A stretch of DNA of 248,000 nt from contig OX597823.1 in assembly GCA_951406725.2 (NCBI GenBank), positions 38,212,001 to 38,460,000 on the forward strand, given 5' to 3'. Source of the stretch: Octopus vulgaris. Lineage: Eukaryota. A model generated the notes under the pieces. That model searched no databases. It worked only from the letters and a program-made list of their open reading frames with translations, and was not told the DNA's origin. Each line of letters starts with the position of its first letter. Position 1 is the first letter of the stretch. A program made the position numbers and the translations under genes. This document shows positions 28,990 through 43,849 of this stretch, one piece after another.

Positions 28990-30283
28990 CATATAGTTAT
29001 ATTTTATTGCATGTGTGTGTGTGTATGTGTGCATGCATGCATGTGTGTGCGTGTGTGCATGCATGAGTGTGTGTGTGCATGAGTGTGTGTGTGTGTGTGT
29101 CTTTCTGTATGTCTTTCAACTTACAGACAAAACAACACAGACTTTAAAAAAAGACTTTCATTTTAAACAATTTATGAAGGTTTGAGCATAATTAACGAAT
29201 ACTTTTACCAGTAGCATAGCAATGGGTAATGACCTAGTAATTATAATGCAACTTTTATCAAATTTCTTGATATTGATACAAAATCATGAAATTAATATTT
29301 AAAATTAAATTTAATAAAACAAAACAAAGATGTACATATTCATTCTTAATACATTCTGACAGATTTGAAAGTTAATTATGCTAATTACTGTCGTATTTTA
29401 TGTATGGAGAACAAATTTCTTATTTCTTATTTGTATAATTCATCCTATAAATACTCTCAATTATACCTCCTCCTCCTCTTTAAGATTATATCTTGCTGTG
29501 TGCATAGTGTTCTTTAAGTCATTGCCTGTCACTAAGCCTTGTATGTGCACTTGTCTTCCACCTCTTATGTTAATTTTCTCTGTATCAGTCTTTTACTCTC
29601 TCTCCCATTCTCTCTAAATGACTGGAGAAAACAACCACTAACCAACATTTGTATTGGCTAACATTATGCAGAGATGACTTGTAAATAATGGTTTATTACA
29701 TGGACATGATATAGCAAGTATCTTTAGTAGGATTATGTGTATTATTGTCTAGTTGTCCTTATTGGACAAATTGTCATTGTTGTTTAGCATCAAAGTCCTT
29801 CTTTACATAAAATGGTGGAGGTGTGATTTGAGGGCAATTTGACAGTCTGTGTAATTGAACAGTTCTCCACCAACACAGTAATAGAATGCAGTGGAGTTTA
29901 GTAATGATAAGCACTTAACAAGCTGAGCTTTTAACATTGTTCCAAGCTGTGGACATTTTACCTGCATATTTTCCTTCTAGAAATCTGAGGCTTTTGTGTT
30001 CGTTCAGTTATGTTCATTTTTCCATGCTAGTATGGGTTAGATGAATATGTCATTGAAGCATTGTTTTTCAACTGGATGCCCTTCCTGTCACTAACCTTAA
30101 TCTGGTTTTGAAGGTACAGAGTTACCTAATGATTTGTTCACAAGGAAAATGACAATAAATTTCACTGTTTGAATCTCAGCAATTTTTTCAGTGAAGCACA
30201 AATGTAAACATTCAAATAGATGCCTCATATATACGTACACCATGTACTTGCATACATACACATCCATACATCCACACATGCAT

Positions 30284-30337
<54 letters not shown>

Positions 30338-31840
30338 GATGCTCTGTACAGTTTCTGTCCACAAAAATCATTTACAAGGCATTATCAGTTGGCCCAAGAC
30401 AATTGTAGAAGACACGTGTCCAAGGTGCCACATTATAGGACTGAATCTGAAACTCTGTGATCATGAAGTGAACTTCTTAACCACGCAGCCTGTACATGCT
30501 CATGAGTAAGAAATCCAGTTGCCTATTCCTCTTCCAAATGCAAATTCTAGTGAAGGAAAATAAAATGGTAGAAATATTTAGTTTATATTATATAAAAAGG
30601 GTTGGTAAATTATCAAATGTAATAAAGGGTTAATAGATTAAGATTTTATTATATGTAATAAGAGTTAATAGATTAAGATTTTTTTCCTTATTCGCTAAGG
30701 GTTAATAAGTTGACTCTTTATAAATTAAATGCTTATCATGTATCATAAGGGTTAATACATTCGTCTGTTATAGAAGGTGGTGAGTTGGCAGAATCATTAG
30801 CACACCTGGTGAAATGCTTAGCAACATTTCATTTATCTTTATGTTCTGAATTCAAATTCTGCCAAGGTTGACTTTGCCTTTCATCCTTTCAGTCTTGATA
30901 AAATAAGTAACAATTGAGCACTGGATGGCAGGGGAAGGGGGGGGGGCAACGTAATCCCCTGAAGTTTTTGGCTTTTTGCCAAAATTTGAAACCTACACAT
31001 TAATATGCTATTATTTGTCCAAGTGACAAAACACGGGTGTTTTCAGTTAGATTCACATTACAAAAAATGCAGTTTAAGGTTTTCTGACACAAAAAATGTA
31101 GGTAGTTGTATAAATGATCTAAACTTTGTAAGTAGTCAGATAAATGTTATATTTAGATGAATATTGTTTAGGCCACTAAACACACTGTTTAGTTACAGTG
31201 TTATTTTGTTTAAATTTATACCTGTATATGTTTAATTTTGTAGAAGGGATTGTAGGGGACAAAATATGAAGATGATGCAATAACATCAAGGACTGGATGG
31301 GAGGACTCTGATGAAGTGTATGACTAGCATGAGAGCAGTGTAAGGTGAGGAGTGGGTACTGTGTCTGAGCCACAGGGAAAGATTTTGGCAGAGTGTGTGT
31401 GTGTGGGGGGGGTGTATTTTAGCAAGTTTTATATTATGGTTGGTTACAGAGTGACCATTGATTTCGCCCCTATGAAGTACTTAGCTGTGTAGGTGACTTG
31501 TCAGACTCAAATGGCCAAAAGCACATAACTTCTTGAATTCAGTGAGTAGCTTAAACTGCTAAGCGCTTTGTTGGTGCAAAACCAATGGTCACTTTCTGAA
31601 TGGCCGTAACTTTTTACTTCTTAAAAATATATTACTGCTCTAATGCTTTAAAGTATGCTTCTTTTTCCGATGTATGAACTACCGACGATTTCTATATAGG
31701 TGCAAGAGTGGCTGTGTGGTAAGAAGCCTGCTTTCTAACCACATGGTTCTGGGTTCAGTCCTACTGTGTGGCACTTTGGGCAAATGACTTCTACTATAGC
31801 TTCAGGCTGACCAAAGCCTTGTGAAACTGAAAGAAGCCTG

Positions 31841-31874
<34 letters not shown>

Positions 31875-31884
<10 letters not shown>

Positions 31885-32425
31885 TAATATCAGGGTAAGA
31901 AAAAATTTTAGAAATTTTTACTACCAGTGGTCTTGAAAAATTATAATATATAAGCATGGAGCACATGCTGGATTGCCTCGTATTTATATGTTTAATCTAG
32001 GTATACCTGATGATGAAGACTTTACCTAGCAAATTATTTTATTTGCTAATTTAAAGTCAGAAACCATGGTCCGGGAAATAGATGGTAAATGTTTTTATTT
32101 TTCATTCTCTTCGAAATTTATCCACAATAGTGGTTTGGATTTTGGCTATTCCTTCTAGTGTGCCAGGTATCCTATGATTGATACCTCTTATGTGTTTAAA
32201 TGTAGACAGTATTTATATGAATAATATATAGTCTATTGACTAATTTTTCTACATGCTAGGCCACTGGTAGTAAAAATTTCTAAAATTTTTTCTTACCCTG
32301 ATATTATTAATTATTGATAAATTTTCTGTCAAATTTTCAAAGTAACACCGACATTATTTTATATGCTGCCGATAAAAAACTGCGCTTGCACGGTGGATTT
32401 GAAAAATTATAATATATAAGCACTG
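31875..32425. repeat. PLE-terminus-like element with inverted ends and a degenerate HHR (32006-32075)
   Basis: aataatatcagggtaagaaaaaattttagaaatttttactaccagtgg is inverted at 32265-32310. cctg-ATGATGA-agacttta...taaagtca-GAAAC-catg-GTC-cggg has palindromic stem III ACCATGGT. Confidence 0.6.
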
Positions 32426-32429
32426 TATT

Positions 32430-32460
<31 letters not shown>

Positions 32461-32604
32461 GTATAAGGAAAAATAAGAAAAGACAATATCGCATCTTACA
32501 ACTGTTTCTATTTGCACTATTTTGGGCATAATCAGTAATTCATTGGATACAAATATCCCTTAGACAGTTTTTATAACCTCTAACTGAACTCACCTATATA
32601 TATA

Positions 32605-32635
<31 letters not shown>

Positions 32636-32863
32636 TTGTGCATCTATGTTTGTCACTCCACTATCACTTGACAACCAATATTGGTGTCTTGTTTAAATCC
32701 CTGTAACTTAGTGGTTCAGCAAAGAGATCAATAGAATAAGTACTAGTCTTACAAAGAATAAGTCCTGAGGTTGGTTCCTTTGACTAAAGGCGGTGCTCAA
32801 ACATGGCCACAGTCAAATGAGTGAAACAAATAAAAGAATATATGTATACACACACATGCATAT

Positions 32864-32896
<33 letters not shown>

Positions 32897-33354
32897 AGGT
32901 TTATTACATGGATAGGTATGAGATATGTGGCCTTATAGTTCGGGTACTAGATTTACAATAGCAAGATGATGGTTTTGATTCCCAAATTGGTGCATTGTGT
33001 TCTTGAGTAACACACCTTATTTCATATTGTTCAGTGATCACTTTGAACAGAAAATGTCATTTTGATGGAGGGAGTGAGCTAATGTACAGCACACACGTTT
33101 GATAAATTTAAACAAATCATCCATGCAAATTGTTCAGCAAGAAGTTGCACAGTTCTCATCTGTTGTATACAGTAAAAGGGTCCACAAAATGACAAGCATC
33201 TTTTCAGTTTCTTTCAGCTTTGGCCATCCCAGGGCTATAGTAGAGAACACTTGCCAAAGGTGCCATGCAGCAGGATGGAACCCAAAACAAGGTGGTTAGA
33301 ACAAACTTCTCAATGCCTGCATATACACATACACATACACATACATACATACAT

Positions 33355-33455
33355 TATGGCTGCCCCCTCGTTATCGAGAATGGCCATTGCACGAAGCTTA
33401 ACTGTTACTGGTGCTGTGATCGAATGTGACTTTTTAGCCCAGCTAAAGATCTACA
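33355..33455 (-). mobile_element. Extreme 3' end of an RTE/BovB-like LINE in microsatellite; second copy at 223560-223695 (+)
   Basis: Encodes the C-terminal zinc-finger remnant (C)[19 protein letters not shown], nearly identical at both loci. Confidence 0.75.
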
Positions 33456-36400
33456 ATGTATTGTACATACATACATACATACATACATACATACATACAT
33501 ACATACATACACACACATACATACATACATACATACATACATACATACATACATACATACATACATACATACATACATACATACATACATACATAGAAAT
33601 CTGCAGTTACTCTATCCAGATTGCAAGTTCAGGTTTATACCTGTAATTGTTGGAACCTTGAGATCTGTAACACACTGCCTAAATACCAATCTTGAGAAAT
33701 TAGGCTTCTCAAAACCAGAAAGGAGAAAGCTAATTTGAAGACTACAGATCATATCCATCACTGGAACTGTAAAAATATGTAAAACTTTCCAGAAGTTTAT
33801 CATTTAAATATATATATGAGCATGTCTAGATATGCTGCTATATGCATGAAAATATATACATAAAGCAAAACATATAAATCTGCACATATACATCCATCCA
33901 TCCATCCATCCATCCATCCATCCATCCATCCATCCATACATACATACATACATACAGACAGACAGACAGACAGGCATACATACATACATACAAACAAACA
34001 AACAAACAAAAATACCCTGTTGTTGATGTTGAAATTCCAATGAAGGAGCCTTGAATTTAGGTTAGAAACCAGCTCTTTATTAGCAAGAAATCTTGAAATG
34101 AAACTGAACAATGACATACATACATACATACATACATACATACATACATACATACATACATACATACATACATACATACATACATACATACATACATACA
34201 CACATACATACATACACACATATATATTATACATATATTCAAATATACATGCAAGCACACACACACACATACACACACCAATGCTATTGGTTTAGAATTC
34301 TCTTTTAGGCACCATAAATAAAGGCATCATATATTAGGTTTGAGTGTCCCCAGAGAGGACCAAATAATAGCTTATTTTGATCAGTTTTGGCAGAGAAAAT
34401 AAGGTTTATTTCCCCCATGGGAACATTGAGATAGGAATGTCATTTCCATTGGTGGTTGTTGTTTTCTAGAACTCTAGCATTATTGATTTCAGGTAGAGAT
34501 GTGACTTGCTGGTTATCAATGAGTTTCATTTTTTTGTGCATTGTACAGCTGCTCTAGATGTATCTCTGCAAATATATTACTTATATAACTACAGAGCTGT
34601 GTTATTAATTTTCTCTTTTTTTTTCTAATTGCTTTGTTTTATTTGGAGTTTTTATAAGCGCATTACATGTCCAACACAGAGATTATAGTAAGCTTATGCT
34701 TTCTTGTTAACAACGCTGTATTACGCAATATACCTTTAGCATTATTTCCATTTAAAATGTATGATACAAATAAAAATTACTCTAAATATTGCTTTCAAAT
34801 TTTGGCACAAGGCTAGCAAGCTTGGGGAAGGGGTAAGTTAATTACATCGAACCCAGTACTCAACTGGTACTTATTTTACCGACCCCAAAAGGATGAAAAG
34901 CAAAGTTAATCTCGGGGGTATTTGAACTCAGAATGTAAAGATAGACAAAATGCTGCTAAGCACTTTGTCTGACATGGTAATGATTTTACCAGATCACTGC
35001 CTTAATAACACTAAATATTAATATTTATATTATATTCTCATTTATTTGTGTATTTTTCAGTTAATGTTTTAGAAATAATATTCTGATTGTTACAGTCCAA
35101 CACACTAACATCATTTAAATACCATTAAAATACACACTAACCCCATTAAAATACTGTTAAAATACCATTAGAAAATATTTATACACACATGCATATATAA
35201 GGTTTATTACATGGCTAGGCATGAGACATGTGGCCTAATAGTTACACAAATGAATGTGTAACTCAGTTGTGACACCTAGTTGGAACTAATTTTGTTTTAG
35301 TTTACCTCTTCTCTTAATATTCTTGGGAAAGGCATGAATGCTATATCTTCTGTTTCCTCTTAGTCTGGATATCTATGAAAAACTCTTGAGAAATGATATT
35401 ATTACTGTTGCTATTGTTTTTGCTTAGCCCCAGGTTAGCCTTACATGAGTGTACATGAAATTTAAGGGATTCTTCTCTCTCTCATTCTCTCTCTCTCTCT
35501 TTCTCTGGGATTGAGTATCTAGGAACTACATTATCAAAGGTACCATTTCAAAATGGTAGGGTATAATTTAAAGGAGATTTAGTTGTTATTCCTAGCAGGT
35601 CTCACAATTTCATAGAGGCTTTTCTCCCTTTACATCACCCCGTGTTCCTTCAATATTTTGTTTATATTCTTAACGGTGGCAAGCAGACAGAGCCATTAGT
35701 GCACTAGACAAAATACTTAGTAGTATTTCTCCTGACTCATTACATTTTGAGTTCAAATTCTCCCAAGGTCAACTTTGCCTTTCAGCTTTTCAGGGTTGAT
35801 AGAATAAAGTACCAGTTGATCACTGGAGAAGATCGATGTAATCAGTTGACCACCTTCCCACTAAAATTACTGGCCTTCTTCCAATATTTGAAACCATTTT
35901 TAGAGGGTGGATAAAGGTGGCAAAATATTTAAACAATTGGGCAAGATGCCATGCCTATTTCTTCCAACTTTTTATGTTCTGACTGTAGTTCCTACTGGGG
36001 TCAACATTGCCTTTTGTTATTTTGGTGTCAATAAAATAAAGTACCAGCTAGATACTTGGAATGATGGTATCAACTATCCCGCTTTGTCCCTGAATCATTA
36101 TTATCAAAGGTTATGAGTTGGTAGAACCATTAGCATGCCAGGCAAAATGCCTTCACTTTTTAGGTTCAAATTCCGCTGAGGTCGACTTTGCCTTTCATCC
36201 TCTTGGGATGGATAAAATAAGTACCTGCTGAATACTAAGGTTGATGTAAACAACTGACCCCCTCCTCTGGAATTACTGGCCTTGTGCCAGAATTTGAGAT
36301 CATTATTATCAAATAGAATGGTGGGATCATTACAGTGTTTCTTCTGCTTCTTCATGTTCTAAGTTCAAATCCCACCAAAGTCAACACTACTTTTTATCCT

Positions 36401-38051
36401 TTCATGGTCAATAAAATAAAGGACTGATCAAGTACTGAATTCGATATAATCAGCTGTACCCCTCCCTCTAAATTTCTGGCCTTGTGTCTTTGTTAGAGAC
36501 AATTATGAGAAGAGAGATGAGAGATGAGTTCTCTCTCTTTACCCTCCTTCCAATTCTACGTTTTGGATACCTCCAATATCAGAAGCTTCTTTCAGTTGTC
36601 AAATTCTTAATTTAAAAAAGAGACAACCATATATTCTAATGGGACACTGCAATCAATAGTGAGACATTTAGTTTTTGGAATATTTTCTTTCTTACAATAT
36701 TGGTTTCAAATTTTTGCACAGAGCCAGCAATTTTGGGGAGTGGCTAAATTGGTTACATCAGTGCCAGTGCTCAACTGGTACTCATTTTATTGACCCCAGA
36801 AGGATCAAAGACAAAGTCAATGTCAGTGGAGTTGAACTCAGAATGTACAAACAGATAAAATGCTGCAAAAGCATTTTGACCATCCCGCTAACAATTCTGC
36901 CAGCTCGCCTTTTCTCTTGTTTTCAATATTAAATATGAGAACATTTTTAAACATTCATTTTGGTTTTCTCATTATAATTAATTTTGAATTTGGACTTAAT
37001 TAATATTCTAATCAAGAAAATTTCCAATTCCAACAGAGCAAATTGTATATTCCTTTCTATCTGTTCAGCTATAACTGGCTCTTAGTGTATCAATAATTAT
37101 CAAACCTTTCCTATGACAACTAACTCTCCTGGCTGTTAACATTTAATTCAACACTCTACACTCATTCTTTTTCTCAAGTGGTTTGCTGTCATGTAAAGAG
37201 AATGGGATGGGGAAAGGTGAGCTGGGAATTAGGGTAGCAACATGTCCACTGAATGGACATGATTTAATGATACTTCAGCCAAAAGATAACTCCCTATTTG
37301 CAGGGTCCTCCCCATTCCACTGCTCTGACAAGCTCAAAGGAACTTCCATGGCAGAAAATTTTATTGTATTTTAGTGTGCAGAAATTTTATCATGCTAACC
37401 ACCTCCATAACAACCACCACTGCCACTGCCACCACCACCACCACCACCACCACCACCACCACCCATCATAATCCCATCATAAATTTTGCTAGTCTGTGGG
37501 TATTTCAAGCCACAAACAAACCAGTATTATAGTCAATAATGATTAAAAATACTGACTGTTCTTCTCCTGTTTAAAATAATATAGATTTTTAAATAAAGCT
37601 TTTTGATGTTTTTGGCAACCAAATCGGTATTTATGGTTTTATTTTGTTTTGTGTTTTTAGATCTAAGAGAAGACACCACATCACTCTAATGAAGGATACC
37701 AGTGTTAATCAATGTTAGTTTTGCAGGTCAGAAATGAAGCCTTTTATTAATTTTCTATTTTGTATTGATATCAGAACTATTACTGCAGAAGTTTCTCTCA
37801 GGATATTTACTGTGTGTCTGTATATATATATATACATATATTCTTTTATTCTTCTGCTCTTTACATGTTTCAGTCATTTTGACTGCAGCCATGCTAGAGC
37901 ATGCCTTAAAGGGTTTTTAGTCTAAGTAATTGACCCTAGTACTTATTCTATTGGTTTCTTTTGCAGAACTGCTAAGTTACAGGGAATGTAAACACAGCAA
38001 TATTAGTTGTCAGGAGATGATGGGAGAACAAACACAGACACACACGCAGAA

Positions 38052-38139
<88 letters not shown>

Positions 38140-38187
38140 GTATATATGTATGTTGTTTGTTGTTTAAACACCTGTCTTCGTCTTTTG

Positions 38188-38228
<41 letters not shown>

Positions 38229-38724
38229 ATGTATATATATATATATATATATATATACAATAAGCTTCTTTCTGTTTCTGTCTATCAAATCCACTAACGA
38301 GGCTTTGGATGGCCCAAGGCTATAGCAGAAGACACTTGCCCAAGGTGCCACACAGTGGGACTGTACCTAGAACCATGTGGTTGGGAAGTGAGCTTCTTAC
38401 TATAGAACCACACTTGCACTTAACACACACACACACACACACATCATCATCATCACACATCATATATATATATATACTTGTAATATTATATGTATATATA
38501 TATATATATATTATATATATATATATATATATTGTTTGATCCCCCTTCGGTCATGAATGACCATGGGATTGCACCTAGAAAGTTACCCTCCGAGGCACAA
38601 GTCTGGGCAAAGTTGTTCATGGAAGACCAGCAGTCGCCCATGCATACTGGCCTCCCCTCTCCATGCCACCGATGTTATCCAAGAGAAAGGCAAAGGCCGA
38701 TACAGCTTGGCACCAGTGACGTCG

Positions 38725-39045
38725 TAGCTCATTTATTAACGTGCAAGTGGCAGAGCATTCCACAGACATGTGTACTCTTAACATAGTTCTCAGAAAGATT
38801 CAGCGTGACACAGAATGTGACAAGGCTGGCCCTTTGAAATACAGGTACAACAGAAACAGGAAGAAAGAGTGAGAGAAAGTTGTGGTGAAAGTGTACAGGA
38901 GGGTTCCCCCCCACCCAGCCGGAGTCTTGTGGAGCTTTAGGTATTTTCGCTCAATAAACACTCACAATGCCTGGTCTGAGAATTGAAACCATGATCCTAC
39001 GACCATGTGTCTGCTGCCCAAACCACTGGGCCATTGCGCCTCCAC
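38725..39045 (-). mobile_element. tRNA-derived SINE (second family); other copies at 77320-77640 and 219330-219711
   Basis: Minus-strand head gtggaggcgcaatggcccagtggtt... with B-box ggtttcgattcc; shared body gaaattaacgtgcaagtggctgagcactccacagacac. Confidence 0.8.
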
Positions 39046-39061
39046 ATACACACAAACACAC

Positions 39062-39092
<31 letters not shown>

Positions 39093-39279
39093 GAGAGAGA
39101 GAGCGCTAGCCACTACACATTCTTTATTTTCTCTCCTTGTTTCTTTCTGTATTCCTTTCTGTGGAAGAGCATAGGGTCGAAACGTTAAAGACTTTTTCAC
39201 TTCCTGAGCATTATACTAATACATCTGTTTGTTGTCTACATCACCTGTCTTCGTCTTTTGTTTTTTTGTGAACTCCTCC

Positions 39280-39334
<55 letters not shown>

Positions 39335-39337
<3 letters not shown>

Positions 39338-39484
39338 ATAACTATAATAAATATTAGGGAATAAATCCAAATAATGACAATCTTCAGGTGGATTTCCGAT
39401 AAATCAGAAACAATTGTAGTGGTTTTAACTTTTTATATATGTATATACTTTTGTTTGTTTTGAAAATAGTGGTTTTGTCTCTAA

Positions 39485-39530
<46 letters not shown>

Positions 39531-39605
39531 TAAATATGTATTAGGCAAATCAAACTGAAAAACATAAATCTAATTTTTCCCTGTAAGTTTGGATTTACCT
39601 ATATT
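39335..39605. repeat. Rearranged terminus of the same family as the 204-209 kb fold-back; HHR halves on opposite strands
   Basis: acaatcttcaggtgga (minus: ccacCTGAAGAttgt) is followed by aGAAACaattGTAgtgg and aatagtggttttgtctctaat on the plus strand; flanked by (TA)n. Confidence 0.7.
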
Positions 39606-39607
39606 AT

Positions 39608-39657
<50 letters not shown>

Positions 39658-39696
39658 GTATGTATATAAACATATATATATATATGTGTGTCTGTG

Positions 39697-39742
<46 letters not shown>

Positions 39743-40396
39743 TATATATACATACATATCTATACTTGTATATATCCTTAGAATACTGATTTTAAATTTT
39801 GGCACAAGGCCAGCAAGTTTGAGGGAAGGGGCTAGTCAATTACATCATATATAGGTCAAGTGCTGGTGGGGGACAAACACAGAAACAAAGATACACACAC
39901 ATAGGTTTATATATAATTATATATGACACTCTTCTTTCAGTTTTTGTCTACCAAGTCCACTGACTAGGTTTTGGCTGGTCTGGGGTTATAGTAAAAGTTA
40001 CTTGCCCAAGGTACCACACAGTGGGTCTGAACCTGGAATCATGTGTTTGGGAAGCAAGTTTCTTACCACATAGTCATGCCTACACCAATATATATTCATA
40101 TCTATACCTATCTCTCTCCTTCTCTCTCTTTCTCTCTTTCTCTTTCTCTCTCTCTCTTTCTCACTCTCTCTCCTTTTTGCATACACACTCGTGCATGCAC
40201 ACACACATACACACACACATGCACACATACATGTGAGTGTATAGGTATGCATACTGTGCGCATATCTATATATCTTGGATAGAGTATGTATTTTCATTTT
40301 CACTGCCTGACACAATTTAAAACTGGCATATGTATATAACTGTATGTATGAATGTATGTATATATATATAGTATACATATGCATACATTATCTATA

Positions 40397-40427
<31 letters not shown>

Positions 40428-42389
40428 TTATCTATTTATCTATCTATCTATCTATCTATTTATTTATATATACACACACATGCATATAAGCATATATATA
40501 CACATACATATACTTATATGTTTATATATATATAAATACAAACACATAGACACACATATTCCCTAGAACACTTGGGAGGAACAAAACTTTCATCTGATCA
40601 AATCAATACATTGATTTCTGATCTATAGACATAATCACTGCCAGTTTGTGAAGAGTCTAGCTTGGAAACTAGTCATTTAGAAGAAATTCTTTGTAATTTC
40701 TCGTCTCACCTCACCCTCTCCTCATGGAACCTGAGAGGCTAAACTCAGCTCATCTTTTACCTCAATGCCTGACACTTTTGTGATGACCAAACAAAATAAG
40801 TCATGATTGATTCTCTTCCACATTTCATTTCTCTTTGTTCTCTGACCGAAAAATCTGACTGAAAAATAAATTATTTCAAATATTTTAACTGGAACGACTT
40901 TTGGTCCCAATTGATTTGACACTGCTGTATGTTACAGTTGAGTTTAATAATAAGTGGTGGGAAAGGAGAGAGAGAGACAGAGAGAATGAGCGTATGTATT
41001 GTGTGAATGATGTGTGTGTGAGTGGAAGAGAGAGTGTGTGAATAAGAGAGAGACAGAGAGAGAGAAAGTATGTGTTTATGAGTGTATGAGAGAATGATTG
41101 TGTGTGAGGGTGTGTGTGTATGTGTATGCATGCGCGCATGTAAAGTAATACTGTGTGCATATTAAACTTGATATTAAAGTTGTTATTCAACATTTAGCTC
41201 ATTGTGACTCATGACTATGACCGGGTAGCATTGTCTTAGGTGTGTATGCAATCACGAACAGGCACTCATGGTCCCCCACACATCTCGACTCAGTAGAACT
41301 TCCAAGATGTGAAAATTAGAAAGAAAGACACTGAAAAGAGATGGTAGATAGTGGTAATGGGGACTACACCAGCATCAGAGTAGTTCTAGCCTTTGTTACA
41401 GCTGATCAGATATGAGCAACATGAAATAAAATACCTTGCCCAACGACACAATGTATCATCTGCTTCAGAAATTGAACTCATATCTTTGTGATTGTGAGCC
41501 AAACAGTTTAACCACTATGCCACTCACTTTTACAATGTTGCTACAATACTGTGCTTTCAATTTATTTCATAAATTAATGCAGTTTGTCTTCTGTGGACAT
41601 CAAATACATTTATATCGATCATTTAAAATATTTTACATTTATTTTCCTTGGGTACAACAACCCTGAAAGCTGTGGTCTATGATATACTCTCTTTTACTTG
41701 TTTCAGCCATGTGACTGTGGCCATGCTGGAGCACCACCTTTAATCGAGCAAATCAACTCCAGGACTTATTCTATGTAAGCCTAGTACTTATTCTATTGGT
41801 TGCTTTTGCCGAACCGCTAAGTTACGGGGACGTAAAACACCAGCATCGGTTGTCAAGCGATGTTGTGGGGGACAAACACAGACACACAAATATATATACA
41901 CACACACACACATGTACATACATACATATATATATATACATATATTCGACGGTTTTCTTTCATTTCTGTCTACCAAATCCACTCAGAAGGCTTTGGTTGG
42001 CCTGAGACTATAGTAGAAGACACTTGCTCAAAGTGCCATGCAATGGGGCTGAACCCAGAACCATGTGGTTTGTAAGCAAGCTACTTACCACACAGCCACT
42101 CCTACACCTATAAAAGAAGATTCGACCTTGACCGAATTTGAACTCAGAACACAAGACGGACAAAACACCGTTCTTCATTTTCCCCGACGTGTTAACGATT
42201 CAGCCAGCTCGCTGCCTTGAATAAATATATTCATTTATTTTTAAGTAACAATTTGTAAATGGCAGTGTTATTAATTACAGATATCTATTGGGACAATCAC
42301 TGATTCGCACTTCAGATGATGGGAGTGATGAGGGAGTGCTTGTAACTTATTGCAGAACAAATTCCAATGGGGGACCTTGTTTGAAGATC

Positions 42390-42446
<57 letters not shown>

Positions 42447-42690
42447 AGTTTCTTATTGACCCTGAAAGCATAAAAGGCTATACCAAAAAAGCTCTAATGA
42501 CTGCCAATTCACAGCTTAGTTAAGACTTCTTAACCATTTTGTTACCATATTTAGATACAGGCATGGTTCCGGGTTCAGTTCCACTGTTTGGCTACTTGGG
42601 CAAGTGTCTTCTGCATATAGCCTCTGGCTGACCAATGCCTTGTGAATGGATTTGGTAGATGGAAACTGAAAGAAGCCCATCATATATGCA

Positions 42691-42724
<34 letters not shown>

Positions 42725-43849
42725 TGTGTGTGCGTGCGAGTGTGTGTAATTGTGTCTGTATTTATCCCCTACCACTGCTTGACAACTGGTGCTCATGTGT
42801 TTATGTCCCTATAACTTAGCAGTTCAGCATAAGAGACCAATAGAATAAGTACTAGGCTAAAAAAAAAATATAATAAGTACTAGTGTTGATTTATTTGACT
42901 AAAAATTCTTCAAGGCAGTGCCCCAGCATGGCCACAGTCAAATAATTGAGACAAATAGAAGATATGATATTTATGTGGAAAATTTACTGCCTATGTTTCA
43001 ATTAATTTTGAAAATAATTAAGAATTTAGTAAAAATGAATTTGTCATAAAAATCTGGTGTAAGAAGATAACATGAAATTTTGGTGAGAAGTGGAATGACA
43101 TGTTCTATTTGCATGTTAAATTACTTTTCTACTTCATAATCAAAATTAATAATGAAATAAATAAATAAATGCTTAAGAAACTGGTTTGGTTAAGGTAGTG
43201 AATAGTGTGCTGAAGTAAACCAATCCTTTCATCTCATACACTTTACTCTTTGGAAAATACAAAGTTTCCTTATCACTTAATATACAGCAGTGTTGTGAAT
43301 GAGTAAAGTATGCATTTCCTGATTGATCTAACAACAACAAGGATACAGTAATCACAATGATAATAACAATAATAATAATAGTGTCAAATTTTGGCACAAG
43401 GCCAACAACTTTGGGGGAGGAGGTGAGTTGAATACATTGACCCCAGTATTCAACTAGTACTTATTTTATTGATCCTGAGAGGACGAAAGGTAATGCTGAC
43501 ATTGGGGGAATTTGAACTTAGAACATAAAGAGAGATGAAATGCCGCTAAGTGTTTTGCCTGGTGTGCTAATGATTCTGCTAGTTTGCCGCCTTAACAACA
43601 ATGACAATAATGATATTTACTTTATTTATCATTGGGTAAAAACAAATACATTTAAATATGATACTACACACACATGCACACGTACACAGTGCACACACAT
43701 ATATGCACACACATTCACACACATACATATACATACACATGTACACATACATGAGCAATACAGTGTAAGTGGAATTTGATGGGCTGAAACTGTGTAGAAA
43801 CCTGTCATAAACATAGCCATATCTTATGTTCATTTTCCATATTAACATG

